DNA from: Enoplolaimus lenunculus
Lineage: Eukaryota
Length of the DNA: 64,000 nt
Assembly (NCBI GenBank): GCA_030248215.1
Contig: JASANG010001737.1
Location: 372,001 to 436,000, forward strand
Direction of reading: 5' to 3'
In this document: positions 36,965 through 50,566 of the stretch, piece after piece
Layout: each line of letters begins with the position of its first letter
Position numbering within the stretch: the first letter of the stretch is position 1
Notes under the pieces: model-generated
The model's database searches: none
Told to the model about the DNA's origin: nothing
The model's input: the letters and a program-made list of their open reading frames with translations, nothing else
Made by a program: the position numbers and the translations under genes

Positions 36965-39515
36965 TAGCGCTATGATGTTTTTGAGATTAGTTGCACAAAA
37001 TTGTTGTCACAATTTTATTGGAAGTTTGCGTTTTCAGCTGACGTATGTCGTCTATTTGACTCGTCTATGAGTGAATTTAGCTAAAACTATGGTATACCTT
37101 GCCGACAGCGGCGAGTTCAGAAAATTTTGACCGGAAGTGGGGGTGGGCTGGCAAAAGTTGTGAAAAGCAATTTTTAATAAATGCTATTTGTTCGTTTCGA
37201 AATCTGTGTATGTAGGCGAGACGTGAAACCAAACGTATTGGTTGCCCGTTTGCAGTTAAAATTCAGGCAAACTTTTCGTGCAGATGCAAAATAAATATCA
37301 GTCCCTCGTCTTATTCGAGTCACTACAGTAGCTAAGCCAAGGTGTATAAATTCTTCGCGAACAAGCGTGTGTTGAATAAGATTCGTTTCGCTGGTGTTAT
37401 AGTGTTCATTTTATTGTAACGCAAGCCTTCTATTAGAGTGATGGACCATGATTCTTGCAAAATGTATTTTCGTTTACATCTTAGCTCAGTATTTTAACTA
37501 ATAGACGGGCGGATTTATAGAAATGGGCACGGAAAAGTTTCCTAATATACTTTCCGGCCAGTGAGGCCGGAACCGTTCGTTGGGATCGCTGCCTCGATTC
37601 CCTGTAGGGTCGGCACTGAATCTGATGAGCAAAACGGAAGCAGCATAGAACCATGCGAATTTGGCAGCGCATTGGCTTTTTTGTCAGCCTTTAGTCATAG
37701 GATTATGTTTTACTTTCAATTTGTTATCACATATTAATAAGTGTATGACTGAGTCAGCATATTATTTAGTACAAATTTTGTCATTTTTTAAAATTTCAAA
37801 AAGAATATTTATTCAGCACGCTGGAAGCAATTTTTTTAAAATGTTCATCAAATGATATAAAGTTTTTATTTTGAATATTTTTTCTCGCAGAACCTATAAG
37901 CTCGCACTGTTTCTGAGACTGTCGTTTGACTTTTATCTATGACTAATTATTAGGCATAGTTTTTGAAAACTCAGTTTATTTTGCTTAAGAAAGTTCGATA
38001 TGAGAGCCGGTATTGTCAACTTTGTAATAGCACCTATCATCAGTTAGCGATAAATCAATTTTTAGACCGCTAAAAAATGGCCGTTGTTAACACCATTTTC
38101 TATGGTAAAGCAACTGCAACGCTGGCTAATCAACGTTAAAAATTCACTTTTATATGTACATTTTGAGTATCTTCTAGCAAGGCGTTCCAAAACTGTTGAT
38201 TGGTGACCAAGGGTTACACGCTGTACTCAACGAGTGCCGCCTTACGGCGGTTCGGGGTACGGTAAATTTTTTCTTCAAAATTGCCCGCATTTGCCTATAT
38301 TTTTGTTACCAACGCATAGCGACGTTCAATAGCAGTCTAACCTAGGCCAAATTCTTATTACGCAGAATAGCAGATTGACCTAACACAGGCCACAATTGGT
38401 ACTTGGACTGAACAGAAGAACTGGCCAAAAAATAATTGTAAAATACCTAAAATACTAATTTGTCGTAGCTATGTCATCTTTAATTTTTTTATTCAAAGTG
38501 TAAATTTTAAATTTAGACAATCAGCGAAAAAACACCATTTCACTCGACAAAAAAACTCATGCAAATTTATTTAGTGTCAGCTCTTTTGGGAAACACATAA
38601 ACCCAATGTTGGCATATTTTTTTTGAAAAAAGTTAAACTTTTATCTATTATACCAGTTCAAAACAAACGAAAACATAATTAGTAAAATGGCCTACGAGCC
38701 GAGTTTTCAAGTTACCACATGTGGTGGTTGGTCCCAAAGGACTACGCGAGTCAACAAGGCAAACAACCCGGACCCTAATGATTTTGTTGTTTTTAACCTT
38801 GCCGTTTGGAGTTCGAAGCCTACGCCGTAGTTGTATTTTAAAAATTAAATACATAGCTACTACTACTACTATTAACTCGTTCTCGCAGAAATATCTGTTG
38901 GGAATTGAAATAATGCCACGTTGTTGTTGTTGTTGTTGTTGTTGTACCACTTGCCGTATCTTGCGGTATAATTTTTATTGTAAGTTTGGTAGTATTTAAC
39001 GCGTTTTTAGGCACCATTAATAACGGACGTTTTTTTGTTTGTGTTGCAAAATATATGCTCACTCTTAGAGTAATTTTAAGTAAATTATGCATATATGTAG
39101 GCACGCTTTGCAACTGTGACTATTATTTTGCGGCGGTTGTGTTATTATTGTGCCTAGCCGTGGGGATTATGATATGCCCTTTATTGTTAATATTTGTCAG
39201 CTTAGATCCATTGCTTTATTGACGCCACGGCAATGATTTGCTAATTTTTAGTTTGCGAGCAGATAGTTTAGTTGATTTTTTGCGGAACGACGAGACTCGG
39301 AAGTTTTCAACGTGAACACGGACGTTGAAGTGGTCAGTGGATAACAGTAGGATCACACTGCGGATTCGAACAGTATTTACGCATCCGAATCCGAAACTTG
39401 GTTGTAAACGGCGAGTTAAGGGTTTTCGTGGAACAGTCCTTGTAGGACCACAACTGGTAGCAATTGTTTTCGTTGGAATATCGTTACTGATAACTTTTTC
39501 GACTGACGATTGCTT

Positions 39516-39674
39516 CAGGCCCGTAGCCAGCTCACCTTGCTTGAGGGAGCTATGTTTCAGGAGGGGCATTTAAGGGTTTACAAAGAATTACAAGCAAGGT
39601 TGAAAATTTTCTAGGGGGGTAAAATTGTTCCAGGGGGGCTGAGCCTCCCTGTCCCCTCTTTGGCTACGGGCACG
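39516..39674 (-). mobile_element. hAT-like MITE (caggcccgtagcc family; other copies ~22020-22187, 31645-31807, 43311-43480, 56884-57047)
   Basis: Perfect 8-bp TSD gattgctt; TIR caggcccgtagcca / tggctacgggcacg; internal sequence shared among copies. Confidence 0.85.
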
Positions 39675-40054
39675 GATTGCTTCCGAAACTGAGCTATTAT
39701 AAAACAACGAAAACACAACAAAATTAATTAAGCCTAAATTGTCTAAAAATAATTTCATCATAAATGCCAAATTTTGGCTATTGTACACTCACCTTCCTCC
39801 CACACGCTTATTCTTAGGTTTATAATAGGCTTAGGTTTCGATAAACGCTTACCTAAACCTAATTTTAAACGCAAAGTTTTGTCTAAGCTTTTAACCTAAG
39901 CCTGAGCGTAAACCTGAACCGCGTCAATCTTGACTGTGATAAAAAAGTTTGGCAAAGGTTCAAATAGTTTACTTTTACTGCAAACCAGTAGCATGCAGTT
40001 GCACGCGTGTAGTAATTTTCTCAATTCATAATTTTTAAACCATATAATATTTCT

Positions 40055-40207
40055 GGCCAATGTTACATTTAGGGCCGCAACAGTAGATAAAGCGTATTCC
40101 TAATCCTAAGCCTAAGCCTAAGCAAAAAAAATTTGTAGTTTAGAATGTAAGCCTACTCTTTTACAGTCCAACCAAAAACCGGGACGGCCTTAAAATGAAC
40201 ATGAGCC
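40055..40207 (-). mobile_element. TTAGGC-carrying Merlin-like MITE (variant TIR)
   Basis: Perfect TSD atatttct; gcctaa repeats. Confidence 0.85.
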
Positions 40208-42458
40208 ATATTTCTCATCGCGCTTCACAATTATATGTAAATATAAATTTTATCGTTCTTCAATAATTTTTATCATAACATTTCCCTGTTTTGATGTTAA
40301 TTTCAAAGGCGGAAACCAGGAATTCCACTCCCTGATTAGATAACCGTATTTTTGAGACCCTGCAATTCCACTGGTTACTCTAAAACCAGACCAACTGCAT
40401 TCAGAAACTCCAGAAAATGGTATATCTTCTCACGTTTTACTTGTAGTTGGCGCTGATTAATTTTTTGCGTCATATAATTTGGCTAGTTTTTCGCCTTACA
40501 CGTATTAAAATACATAGCTAGTAAAATTAAAAGTTTAATGTTGTCCTTGTATGACACCTCGTTGTCTAACAAAGAACTATATGCACATACATATATATAC
40601 ATACATATACATATATATTTATTTATATATGTATATATAAAATCATTTTAAGTATTTAATTTTTAAACAATTAAAGTTAGTTAATGTTAAACTTTTTTAT
40701 TTCATTTTCAAAAATCTACTTATACTTTGGTAATAGCGTTAGTCAATCGCTAACAATGCATCAGGTATATATTTGGCGTCGTCCTGTTTTTTTCAAATCA
40801 AAAATATTGTTTCCATATTTCCGCAAACCCGAACGACGTTTTAAATACAAAAAAACGTGTTATACCTTTTACCTTCAAATTCCATGTAACCTCAAAATTT
40901 TAGACCAATGGCGAATCGTTTTTATCGTCAAAACTGTCTGAATCTAACCAATGATGTTCGACAATGGATCATATTTTACTCTAAACGATATTGTTTTTAA
41001 ACATTTATACAACTAATTGCAACGACGCGCGCAGTTGCAAATGCACGAAACTGCACAAAAAAGCTTGCACAAGTGTTAATTGCTAAAATTGACAAAATAT
41101 AATGTATATAATTGCAGTTTGAAACAGCAATGTAGCCTGTACGCTTTTGGCTGTCGGCGACAATTTTTCATGTTATCGTTTGTTTGATGCACGAATTATG
41201 GCCGACAAACGTGTGTCGAATTTGTTCTGCAAACGAGATAAAAGTAGTAAAAATTGTGTGCGTTTTTTTCATATTTATTACCACGGTATGCCTTCAATTG
41301 GACGCTGCATGAGCCTTACTGCTATATGCAGTCTGTATATACGTTTCGGGTGGGGGGGTGACAATTTCCAAGGTCAACAACAAGCATCATTAACAACTGT
41401 GTTGTTCAAAATGTTAATGTTTGCAACGATAATAAAAAAACTTAAAGTTTGCGGTCAGAGCAATTAGTGACACAAGTTTACATGTGATTATTATCAGTAT
41501 CAGCTCGCTGACTGAATATTAATATGGTTCGGGTAGGCATGTGAGGGGCTAAGTGTGGGAAAACTTTAAGTTGGTGTAGTTGCCAAGCTTCAGTTTTATC
41601 CATTCAATAATACTAATCATATAAAAATTGGTTTTGGAACCTGGAGGGGGGCAGCGGCACGGTACACCCCGTTGGATGTAGCTACTGGTAGGCGTGGTTA
41701 TCAGTACTGTAAATGGAAAGCTGGCTTTTCATATTCTCGAACAGTAGTGCAATTGTTAGTCACGAGGTGATAACTGATTGTAGAAGGGGGTAGCCAGATA
41801 TTTGTTTCATCAAAAAAATCGGCATTTGTTTAAGTTATTTTGATCACTATCCGTTTCCGTTAGTTTAACTAATTAAACGGAACGTTTCGAAAGCTTCAAA
41901 TTATATAATTTTATATGCATTCAGAAACTTAAAATATTTGTCTCTTCGATAGCTAGTTTCGATATAATTAAAGCTACGACGCCCCACATACGTATTTTTG
42001 GCAGTATTCCAGCTGATGTTTTATACGAACGCAAATGAATAATAAATTTGTGATACGTTTAGCTTATACATTTCTCTGTAATAGAATATTTAAGTTGAGT
42101 TGAGACATTTTTGCTAAAAATATGTCGGTGTGGATTGCAAATATTGCAACCAACTTGACCAGTGGTAGCCCCTATTTGCAAAATCAGAAGCGTAGTGCTG
42201 TAAGAATGGTTTTTATATAATACACAACACTGAAAACGGAAGCTTTAGCTAGCTACCGGAATAGCTTTTTAAGGCAAAAAGATTAAATAAATATTTTTGC
42301 CTTAATTTACCAAAATCACCCATGGGTCGTTTGAGTTATTTCCCGCTGCCAATATATATTTCTTCAAAATGGTCCGATTTAAAGAATGTTTGCACATATT
42401 TGAGCTTCTCGTGGCTTCTGCTGATCTCATCGTACAAACTTACCTTTATACTGTTTAA

Positions 42459-42720
42459 CCCCTTCTCACATTGAGTTGCCTGTAGGCAACTCAGCGTAGT
42501 GTATACACGTTAAATAGCATATATCGCACCGTGTTTACAATTGCAACATGTACGCATAGTGCTTAATCACCACAAGACGTGAGAACCCCCTCGGGCTCGA
42601 GCGTCAAGCTCCTATAGCTGAGTGGTGATGGTATACGCTTCCCACTCCGGTCACTGGAGTTCGAATCCTAGCATAAAAGTAGGTCTCAGGGGAAATAGAA
42701 AATATTCATGTGAGAAAGGG
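42459..42720 (+). mobile_element. piggyBac-like tRNA-box MITE monomer (subfamily 2)
   Basis: TTAA|ccccttctcaca...tgtgagaaaggg|TTAA; contains tagctgagtggt and gagttcgaatcc. Confidence 0.85.
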
Positions 42721-42956
42721 TTAAAACCAAGGCGACCACCGAATACCGTTTGTGTTTTTACAATTTATAACCCTCAAATAATTGGCACAGAAAGCATACA
42801 GTAAAAATTGCGTTTCATAACTTTTGCTGCTGCTGATACGTCACGACTTGCTTTTAAATATTACGTAATCAAATACGTGTTATTTATTTGAATTGATCAA
42901 ATACGCGTTAGGTATTTGCATTGTTTTGTTATTAGCAAAACAACAGCACAATTTTT

Positions 42957-43289
42957 CCTAGTGACCCGGATAAGCGGGAGGACTGATAGTTATTTTGCCT
43001 CTGCAGATGAACCCTCTGTTATTCGGTTACAGATTGTTATCTTGGTTTTAATATTTTTCTGGATTTAATAAGGTTAATACGGGTTTTTCTGAGTGTCAGT
43101 TGCAAATTTCACATATTTGAGCAGTCTAAGTCATTCTGCTACTTTGGGCTGTTTTATGGGCTCTAATTAGGACGTATGGACTATCCACTGACCGACTGTA
43201 ATTAGGGATACACAATACTATTGATTGGGAAGCAAAATGGATGACCCTGCTTATATTACCACCCTCGACTCTTTATGCACTCGCTACAG
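42957..43289 (+). mobile_element. Old MITE family with ctgtagtgaccc / gggtcgctacag ends (copies or fragments ~1338-1718, 2960-3088, 6326-6564, 18770-18925, 37293-37328, 50146-50181, 54495-54654), possibly Tc1/mariner-like
   Basis: Shared ttatggac..taattagg..ctattgattggga..caaaa core; ~17-bp inverted ends, often flanked by TA. Confidence 0.6.
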
Positions 43290-44355
43290 TGTACATATTT
43301 CAACTACCAGCTGGACCCGTAGCCAAGGGGGAGGGGGCAGGGTTGGCATGGCTCCCTTCTGGAAAATTTTTTTTGGCCCCTAGAAAATTTTCAACCCTGC
43401 TTATAATTCACTGAAAACCCTTGAATGACCCTGCTGAAAAATTTTTTAGTCCCCCTGCAAGGTGAGCTGGCTGCGGGCCAGCAATCAGCATAACATAATA
43501 AGCTACAAAACTTTCACTTGGGGGGAGGCAGGCATTCTATTGACTGGGGGGACCTATGTTAATGGCAGATCAAGAAACGGGAAAATTTCTGGTTTTCGGA
43601 CCGAACATTGAAATAACATCGGTTGTCCTTAATCTGAACCGAAACTCGCGTTACACTCTGGCATATGAAATATTCACCAATTCAAAAGTTAAGCTTAGTA
43701 GGCATAGGCATACGACGCATTTCTAGGAAACAATCACTCGAAACAATTGCATAACTGTGAAATTGGTTCATGAAAAGCCAGTCGCTTGCTTACATATCTA
43801 AGCAACCAGCATTCAGATGCAATTTTTTGTATTAAATTCTAATACATTTTAGTTTCGTCCAAGGCCCCGAAGAATTTCTATATGGTTAAACCTGGAACGC
43901 TCAACATATGTATTTTGGGCTACTTTCCAGCGTTACTTTGTTTACAATATTTTATCAGAACAGAAATGTGATTGTTCTGTGGAACGAAAATTTGCGTACA
44001 AATTGTCGTGTGTTCGATAAGTTTTGTGCATTGCGAAAGCCGCCTGCCTAGTATATATAATGATAAAGCCCTGCCGGCATACTTTTTTATATTTTATGAA
44101 ATTCAACATGCTTTATACGACATGATTTAATTCTAAGTTAAGCCGTACCATATAGAGCTCTTCAGAAATATTTTGCTGCGGGTGTGGTAATACTCGAACC
44201 CCCGACGTAGGGATTACCAGTCCTGTTATTTCAAGGCGTACTATTTTATACTTGGTGTGGTACGTAAGTTGTTTTGTATGTACTTGATTTTGAAAACGGT
44301 AGGAAGGGACAGCTCATGTGACTCAGTGAAAAAGGTTTTTTATCATCCGTCAAGG

Positions 44356-44556
44356 GGCCCATGTTACTTTAAGGGGCGTCCAGGTTTCTGGTGGGTCTAT
44401 AAAAGAGTTAGTTTAGATTCTAGATTACATTTTTTTGCTTAGGTTTAGGCTTGGGCTTAGGCTTAGGAATTCATTTTTGCAACGCTTAGGCTTAGGCTTA
44501 GACTTAGGAATGCGCTTAATCTACTGATACCAACGCCCCTTAAAGTAACATTGGCC
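44356..44556 (+). mobile_element. TTAGGC-carrying Merlin-like MITE (variant TIR)
   Basis: Perfect TSD cgtcaagg; TIR ggcccatgttactttaaggggcgt / acgccccttaaagtaacattggcc. Confidence 0.9.
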
Positions 44557-46146
44557 CGTCAAGGTATTTCGTGCTATCGGAACAAACTGTCATTCGCATA
44601 GCTTACGTTTCTGTTTGTAACTCTCAAATTACAGTCATCTTGTCTCTTATATTCCCACGTCGTTTTTGAAATTTTAGATATAACGTAGGCTTAGTATTAC
44701 GCTTAAGCTTATTAAATTAAGCGTAGGCTTAGGTTACGGCTAAGCCTTGATCTTTTATGAGAAAGGGTACGAGAGGTGTCACTTCTAATAGTCCAGAACA
44801 TTTTAGGACCAAGAACGATATGTAGCACGGGCGGATCAGGACTGTTCATAGGGTGCCCGTTAACCCACCCTTTACATTAAGTGACCAATTTTGCCAAATA
44901 CAAAATTGCCAAACGTTTCGAGTCTGGTCGGAGACAGCATCAGTCAAGTGCGAGGAAATATTGTATTAATTCCGTTGAGTCCAACCTGCGAACCCCGACT
45001 TAAATGTTTTTCTGATTCTGCCGCTGAGTAGGCCCCCTTTACACAGCTTAATAATGTTGCCAGTTTTCATTTAGTTAGCTTACTCGCTCTAGCAATCAAC
45101 AGAAAGGGCTTTCCTAACTCACTTAATATTCTGATACAAATTTTTTAGTCCGCTACCGAACTGACTTAGTCGCAGCTTAAGCTGTCCATAAATGAGTTGA
45201 AACTAGCGTTCATACTTCGTTTACAAACTAATCAATATTAGCTAGCTGTCAGTAGTTTGTTTTGAAACGTATCGTTGACGTTTAAGCAAAACCTTACAAC
45301 GAATCTAAAACTTGGTTTTAGTTTAGTTCTAAACTATAACATGTCAAGTAATAACTACATAGCTACCATAGTAACCGCTCGCCACAAAAATGGTGAGTCA
45401 AATTGACTGTTTCCGAAATAGGCTTTTCTGGAATACACAAACTGAGTCAAATTCGACTCCACCACAGTCAAATTCTTGCCATTTTTTGCACTGCGGAGAG
45501 TAATTTTTGAGTAATTTTACACAATAAGAAATTTTTGGTCACTGTAAATAAACGAATTTAGGATACTTTATAAGAATTTAGCAATATTTTAACAAATTTT
45601 GACAGAGAAATATTGGTTTGCTTTGATCGATTTTTGAACTGGCGTGCAAACGCTGCAACAAAAAATGTTGCATATAGAGATAGGCACCCGTGTTCTCAAA
45701 TCTCCGTAGCTCCTCCTATTACCAGTTGGTGATAGGTCTTGTAAATGTCAAACTAGTGAGTGCTGATGCTCAAAAATTAGCGAATTTTTTGTGCGTATGA
45801 TTTGCTCTACTCCTATACTTTATTTTGAGGTCAGCAGCTGCAACAGTTAGTGAGTTTAAAAATCTATTACTAACTGGTGATATTAGTTACTTTGGGTCTG
45901 GTAACAGGAGTTGCTCGGACGATGGGAGAACCATTCACTTTATGAAAAAGGGACATTTTGTTTGCCGACGCCACTTTTTTGGATCTCAATTTTGCAAAAA
46001 AAGTGAATCCAACCAGGAGCGAAAAAGTGTTTAATGCATAAATTACGCTTAGCTTCTTGTTCGCTTCGTTCGCGGTATTTCTGTTACTATTGGAGGGTCG
46101 TCCGAAAATCAGTACTGACTCGTTATCAGTTTAAGTTCCACACTAA

Positions 46147-46266
46147 GGGTTGCGCTATACTTTACTGTGCCATACGCCGCCTCACACCGCTATGCGTTGC
46201 TATCCAAAATGTACGCGTAATCTATTTGTTGGCGTGCGACGGTCCGCGGCGAGTATAGCGCAACTC
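46147..46266. mobile_element. Harbinger-like MITE (related fragments ~33125-33250, 51230-51360, 61350-61505)
   Basis: TAA|gggttgcgctatact...agtatagcgcaactc|TTA; related copies carry acggtgacggacggcg motifs. Confidence 0.65.
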
Positions 46267-49200
46267 TTAGGTGATCAGCTATTCTGGTTTCCACAATTCT
46301 ACGTCCGCAAATCCGGTGAACTTTATGTCGCAGTTAATCCCAGTCCATTGCTCGTTGGTACACCAGTGGTGTCACATATAGTACGGAACCATAGCGGATC
46401 TAAGAAATGGATTCACATTAAATCCATACAGAACTGACATTTGATGGTCTAATTTTACAGTCCGTACGCAGCACAAGTGGACCGGGTAGAACAAGGAAAT
46501 TGTTCTCAAATTGTCGCTAGCATCTTGAATTATAACACGAAATTTGCATCTGACTGAAACTCGCTTCGCTCGCCTAACCTTTTGCGAAACCTACCTGCGT
46601 TATGGCGTTTGGTCAGAGGCGGTGATCTGGCGACCGTAGCGACGGCTCACCCCGTCCTTTCAAGAGTTGCGAAATCGAACATTGGCGCTGACTCGCAGAG
46701 GTTTCTTCAAGACCTTAGGAGGCGCAAACACAGTGACACAATCCGAACGCCCGATTTACAGTGGATAACCACTCTGACAGGAGTATGCAACAGATTCGTC
46801 TTGGTTCAATTTGCCGACCAACGTATCGCAAGAAAACTCAACCCAACTTTCTACCATTAAAACCATCAGAAAATTATTAGGTTTCTATTCATTGGTCAAC
46901 ATTAGAGCACCGTAGTCCCTGGCAGATTGGTCAGCGTAGAACGAAGACATCCACAACGGCGCGTGGCCGTATTTATCGCAATATTCTGGCGTCGTGCAAC
47001 TTTGCGGCGCAGGCAAAATTTTTCGCTTGTATTAACGTCAAAATCGACAAATTTCAGTAAAATCGTTGTAACAATGCAAAATTTAAAGTTATAAAATTAC
47101 TGCTCAACCCCAAAACGCGATGTCTTCGCGGCGTTGGACCTTTGTAGAAAAATTAAAGTGGTCAGTCCCACAGTGGTCAGTCCCACAGTGGTCAGTCCCA
47201 CCCTCAGGTCTCATCGGGGTTGCGCCTATACGCAGGGCTACACTTATCTACGTCGGCGATAATACAGTTTAAAATTAGCTACGTCATTATCATTATTGGT
47301 TTTTATCGTTTTAAACATATATATAAATATAGATAGATAGATATATATATATATACAAATATATATTATATATATAATATATATATATATATAAATATTC
47401 GCAAGTATAATTTTAAAGCAGTGAAAAAGTTTCCTGTATCGGCAGACTATCGCACTTTTTGCCAAACTATACTAAGCATTTAACTTGGTGACTTTAGTCG
47501 CTGAAAATTTTGAGCACAGAGTCGTCTACACCGTGGTGTGTTTTTACACTCGACGTCTTGAGCAATCGTTTTTAGTTGAGCTGCGATTTGCACTACTAAA
47601 TGTAGTTGTAATTTATCATTAAGCAACACGAAAAATATTAACTGTTTCAGTAAACATATTATATACCTTAATACAATAATTAGAATTATTGTTTTTGTTA
47701 TAAATTACATAGCTGCCAAGCACCATTAATTTGTTGAGTTTTTTCAAGGCTGTATTTGTCGCCCGGTAGGATGTCAAAAAAAGTTTAAACGCTGCAGACT
47801 AATAATTTACTTCTTTCAAATACAACGCCGCCGTGTGGCCGTACTATATTTGCGAGTGGCCGGAGACCTGAAGGTCATGGGATACCAAAGTTCTTCAAAA
47901 AAATGGTCTTTAGGGTAAATAGGTCATTCGTACAGGGCCGGGCCAGTATTCGGCCGACGTAGCTGATTACGATTTTGAATCGCTAAACACAAGAGTGGGT
48001 AGATAATGCATATTTGAACAAGAGTATATAATTAACGCCGTTTGTATGGTATAAAATGTACCACCGCATGTTACGTTTTCGGCCGACTCCTTGTCCTTTT
48101 TGAAGGGGTCGAATGGTTTAACCATTTTGCTCACAATATGTACCTTGCAGAACTATATGCATGGTAAAAAAATGGGGAGTCAAATCGACTCTTTCGGAAA
48201 TGGGGCTTTTCTTGATTACACAAATTGAGACAAATTCGTCTCCGCCAGAGTCAAACGTGCGACATAGTGAATCGAATTTGACTCTGGTGAAGTCGAATTT
48301 GTCTCAGTTTGCGTAGTCAGGGAAAGCCTATTTCCGAGACAGTCAATTTGACACTCCGTTTTTTGCAGTGTACAAACACAGCAACTCATGATCGTTATGC
48401 ATGCGTTCAAAGCAATCGGGAAACAGCAGCCTAATATTGGTACCAAAACTATAAATCCGGAAAAGATTATGCCTACGGTTCGTCCAATTCCGGTAGCGAA
48501 TATTTTTGCACAATTTTTAAAAATTGATGCTATGATTCTGTTGGTGGCTTCCGCTTCCGGGGCACTTTTGGAATGTTGAATTGCCAATGTTTATCTAAAA
48601 CGTTAGTAACAAAATGCAGGCAGCACATTGTTACACTGTAGACAATGATGAGTCAAATTGACTATGTGCGAAATAGGCTCTACGGGACTACACAAACTGA
48701 GTCAAATTCGACTCCGCCAGAGTCAAACGTGCGACTAAGTGAGTCGAATTTGACCCTGGTGGAATCGCATTTTGACTAAGTTTGTGTAGTCCCGTAGAGC
48801 TTATTTCGGAAAGAGTCAATTTGGCTCACCATTTTTTGCAGTGCACCACATTATATTCCACCAACTCGTGCAAGCCTAAGTTTAGCTTTAAAGCTAACCT
48901 TAAGCTTAAGTTTAGGCTTAGGAGTTATATATAACAGTAAGGTAAGAGAACATTTACCGTATATCAAATTAACATTAGTATGGGAGGCTAAACCCAAAAG
49001 TAACAATCAGGTTTCATCGGGTTAGGTACCGTACGTTTGACGACCGTAGAAAATATTGACAAAGTTTAATCTACGGTACCCGAGATGATAATTAGCTCAT
49101 CATGGTAACCAAAATAATATTTACCTAAAATAGTTTATGATCTGAGCGCTGCGGTGGTATTCCACGCAGGCAAGCCTGAGCTTTAATTAGAACCCGAAAT

Positions 49201-50389
49201 CTTAGTCACAAAGCCTAATTATTGAACACAGGATAATGAACCTAATGAATCATATGCTGCGGTAATTGGTTATTACCATATTTTGAGAATCAAATGATGA
49301 ACTTTAAACTGGCAGTAATTGGTTACTTTTTACCAATATATATACATATATATATAATATTATTATTATTACCGTTTTAACTACTGATAATGATTCTGAT
49401 GAGTTTTGGACTTTGATATATCGATTATTAGGTTTGTTACATTTGTGTCTTAGTTTTTTGACCTTAGACGTGAGGGATATATTAGTTATTAAGCGTAATA
49501 TGTCACCAACCAAATGTGCGAAAATAATACAACTTCCACAATATCATGCATGCACCAGGTGACATTTGTGACAGGTAGCGTGATGGACAGTGAAGTTATT
49601 TGGATAGTAGACTAAAGCTTTTTTTAGCTTCAGTGTTCATCACCCTACTGTCTCAAAAGTCGCCTGGTGTACGCTCATGATATTGTGGAAATTACAAGAG
49701 CTCATAGTATCATACTTATTACGGTTGTTTGGAATAAATTGATGTTTCCTTCTTAAAGAATCAACTGAAACGTTTACATTATTCTTGTTTCAACCTAACT
49801 AAACTATCTATACTCCACGTCTACGAGTTTAACCGAATTCTAATGTTAAACCAGCGTTCAGGCTCGCTGTTGGCCCATTTGCGCAGTCGTGAAAATTAGG
49901 CAAATACTAACTGGTTTTAGATTGAGTTCGCTGCTTTAAAGCATACTTATGTTTTGAAAGTACATTCCTAAGTACTTATAACCTTGCATTATCGCTCACG
50001 TTTTCGGTACAAGACAAACGTTTAATTCAACGGATTTGCAGTACCGGATATATATCAGTAGCGAAGGGTGACGGAGCGTGAGTTAAAAATAAATAACAAT
50101 CCGTAATACCTAATAACAGCGGAGTACCTGCTGGAGAGGCCAAATAAATATCAGTCCCCCCTTATATTCTGGGTGACTACAATACGTTAAAAATGAATTT
50201 GAAATGGTGTACAAATAATATTTTCGACAAGATTAAACATTGGACTGTTTGATAGTAGAGAACACGGCCTATGCAATCGACACGTGGCTCTAAGTCGACG
50301 AATCACTAATCACATAGGAAACCTTGACAACTCAATCGCCAAGTTTTGCCGAAATGTAAGTTCGGTTCAGAGCTCGTATTCTCATATGT

Positions 50390-50566
50390 GTAGCATCTAT
50401 TACCAGTTGGTGATAGGCCTTGTAACTTTCGAACCAGGGAATCGTGAGGTTTGAAATCAGCACATTTATTGCCTTCGATCTTCTCTGCTACTGTGCAAAT
50501 TTTGAGATCTGTAATTGCACCAGTTCGGTAGTTTGAAAACCTGTTACTAACTGGTGATAGGGGCTA
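50390..50566. mobile_element. MITE with ctattaccagttggtgatagg TIRs (second copy ~45706-45890)
   Basis: Inverted ends tattaccagttggtgatagg / cctgttactaactggtgata in both copies. Confidence 0.65.

Noticed and set aside
38648..39573. Poly-Q/poly-T ORFs and a 117-aa ORF
   Set aside because: They are driven by a (GTT)n microsatellite or start inside a MITE; no recognisable domain.
42957..43288. Solo LTR (TG...CA ends)
   Set aside because: The inverted ends extend to about 17 bp (ctgtag...ctacag, often with TA outside), and no 4-6 bp TSD, PBS or PPT is seen. A DNA-type MITE fits better.
44185..44225. tRNA-Thr(GGT)-like 3' half on the minus strand
   Set aside because: Only anticodon-arm and T-loop-like pieces are present, with no D arm or acceptor stem.
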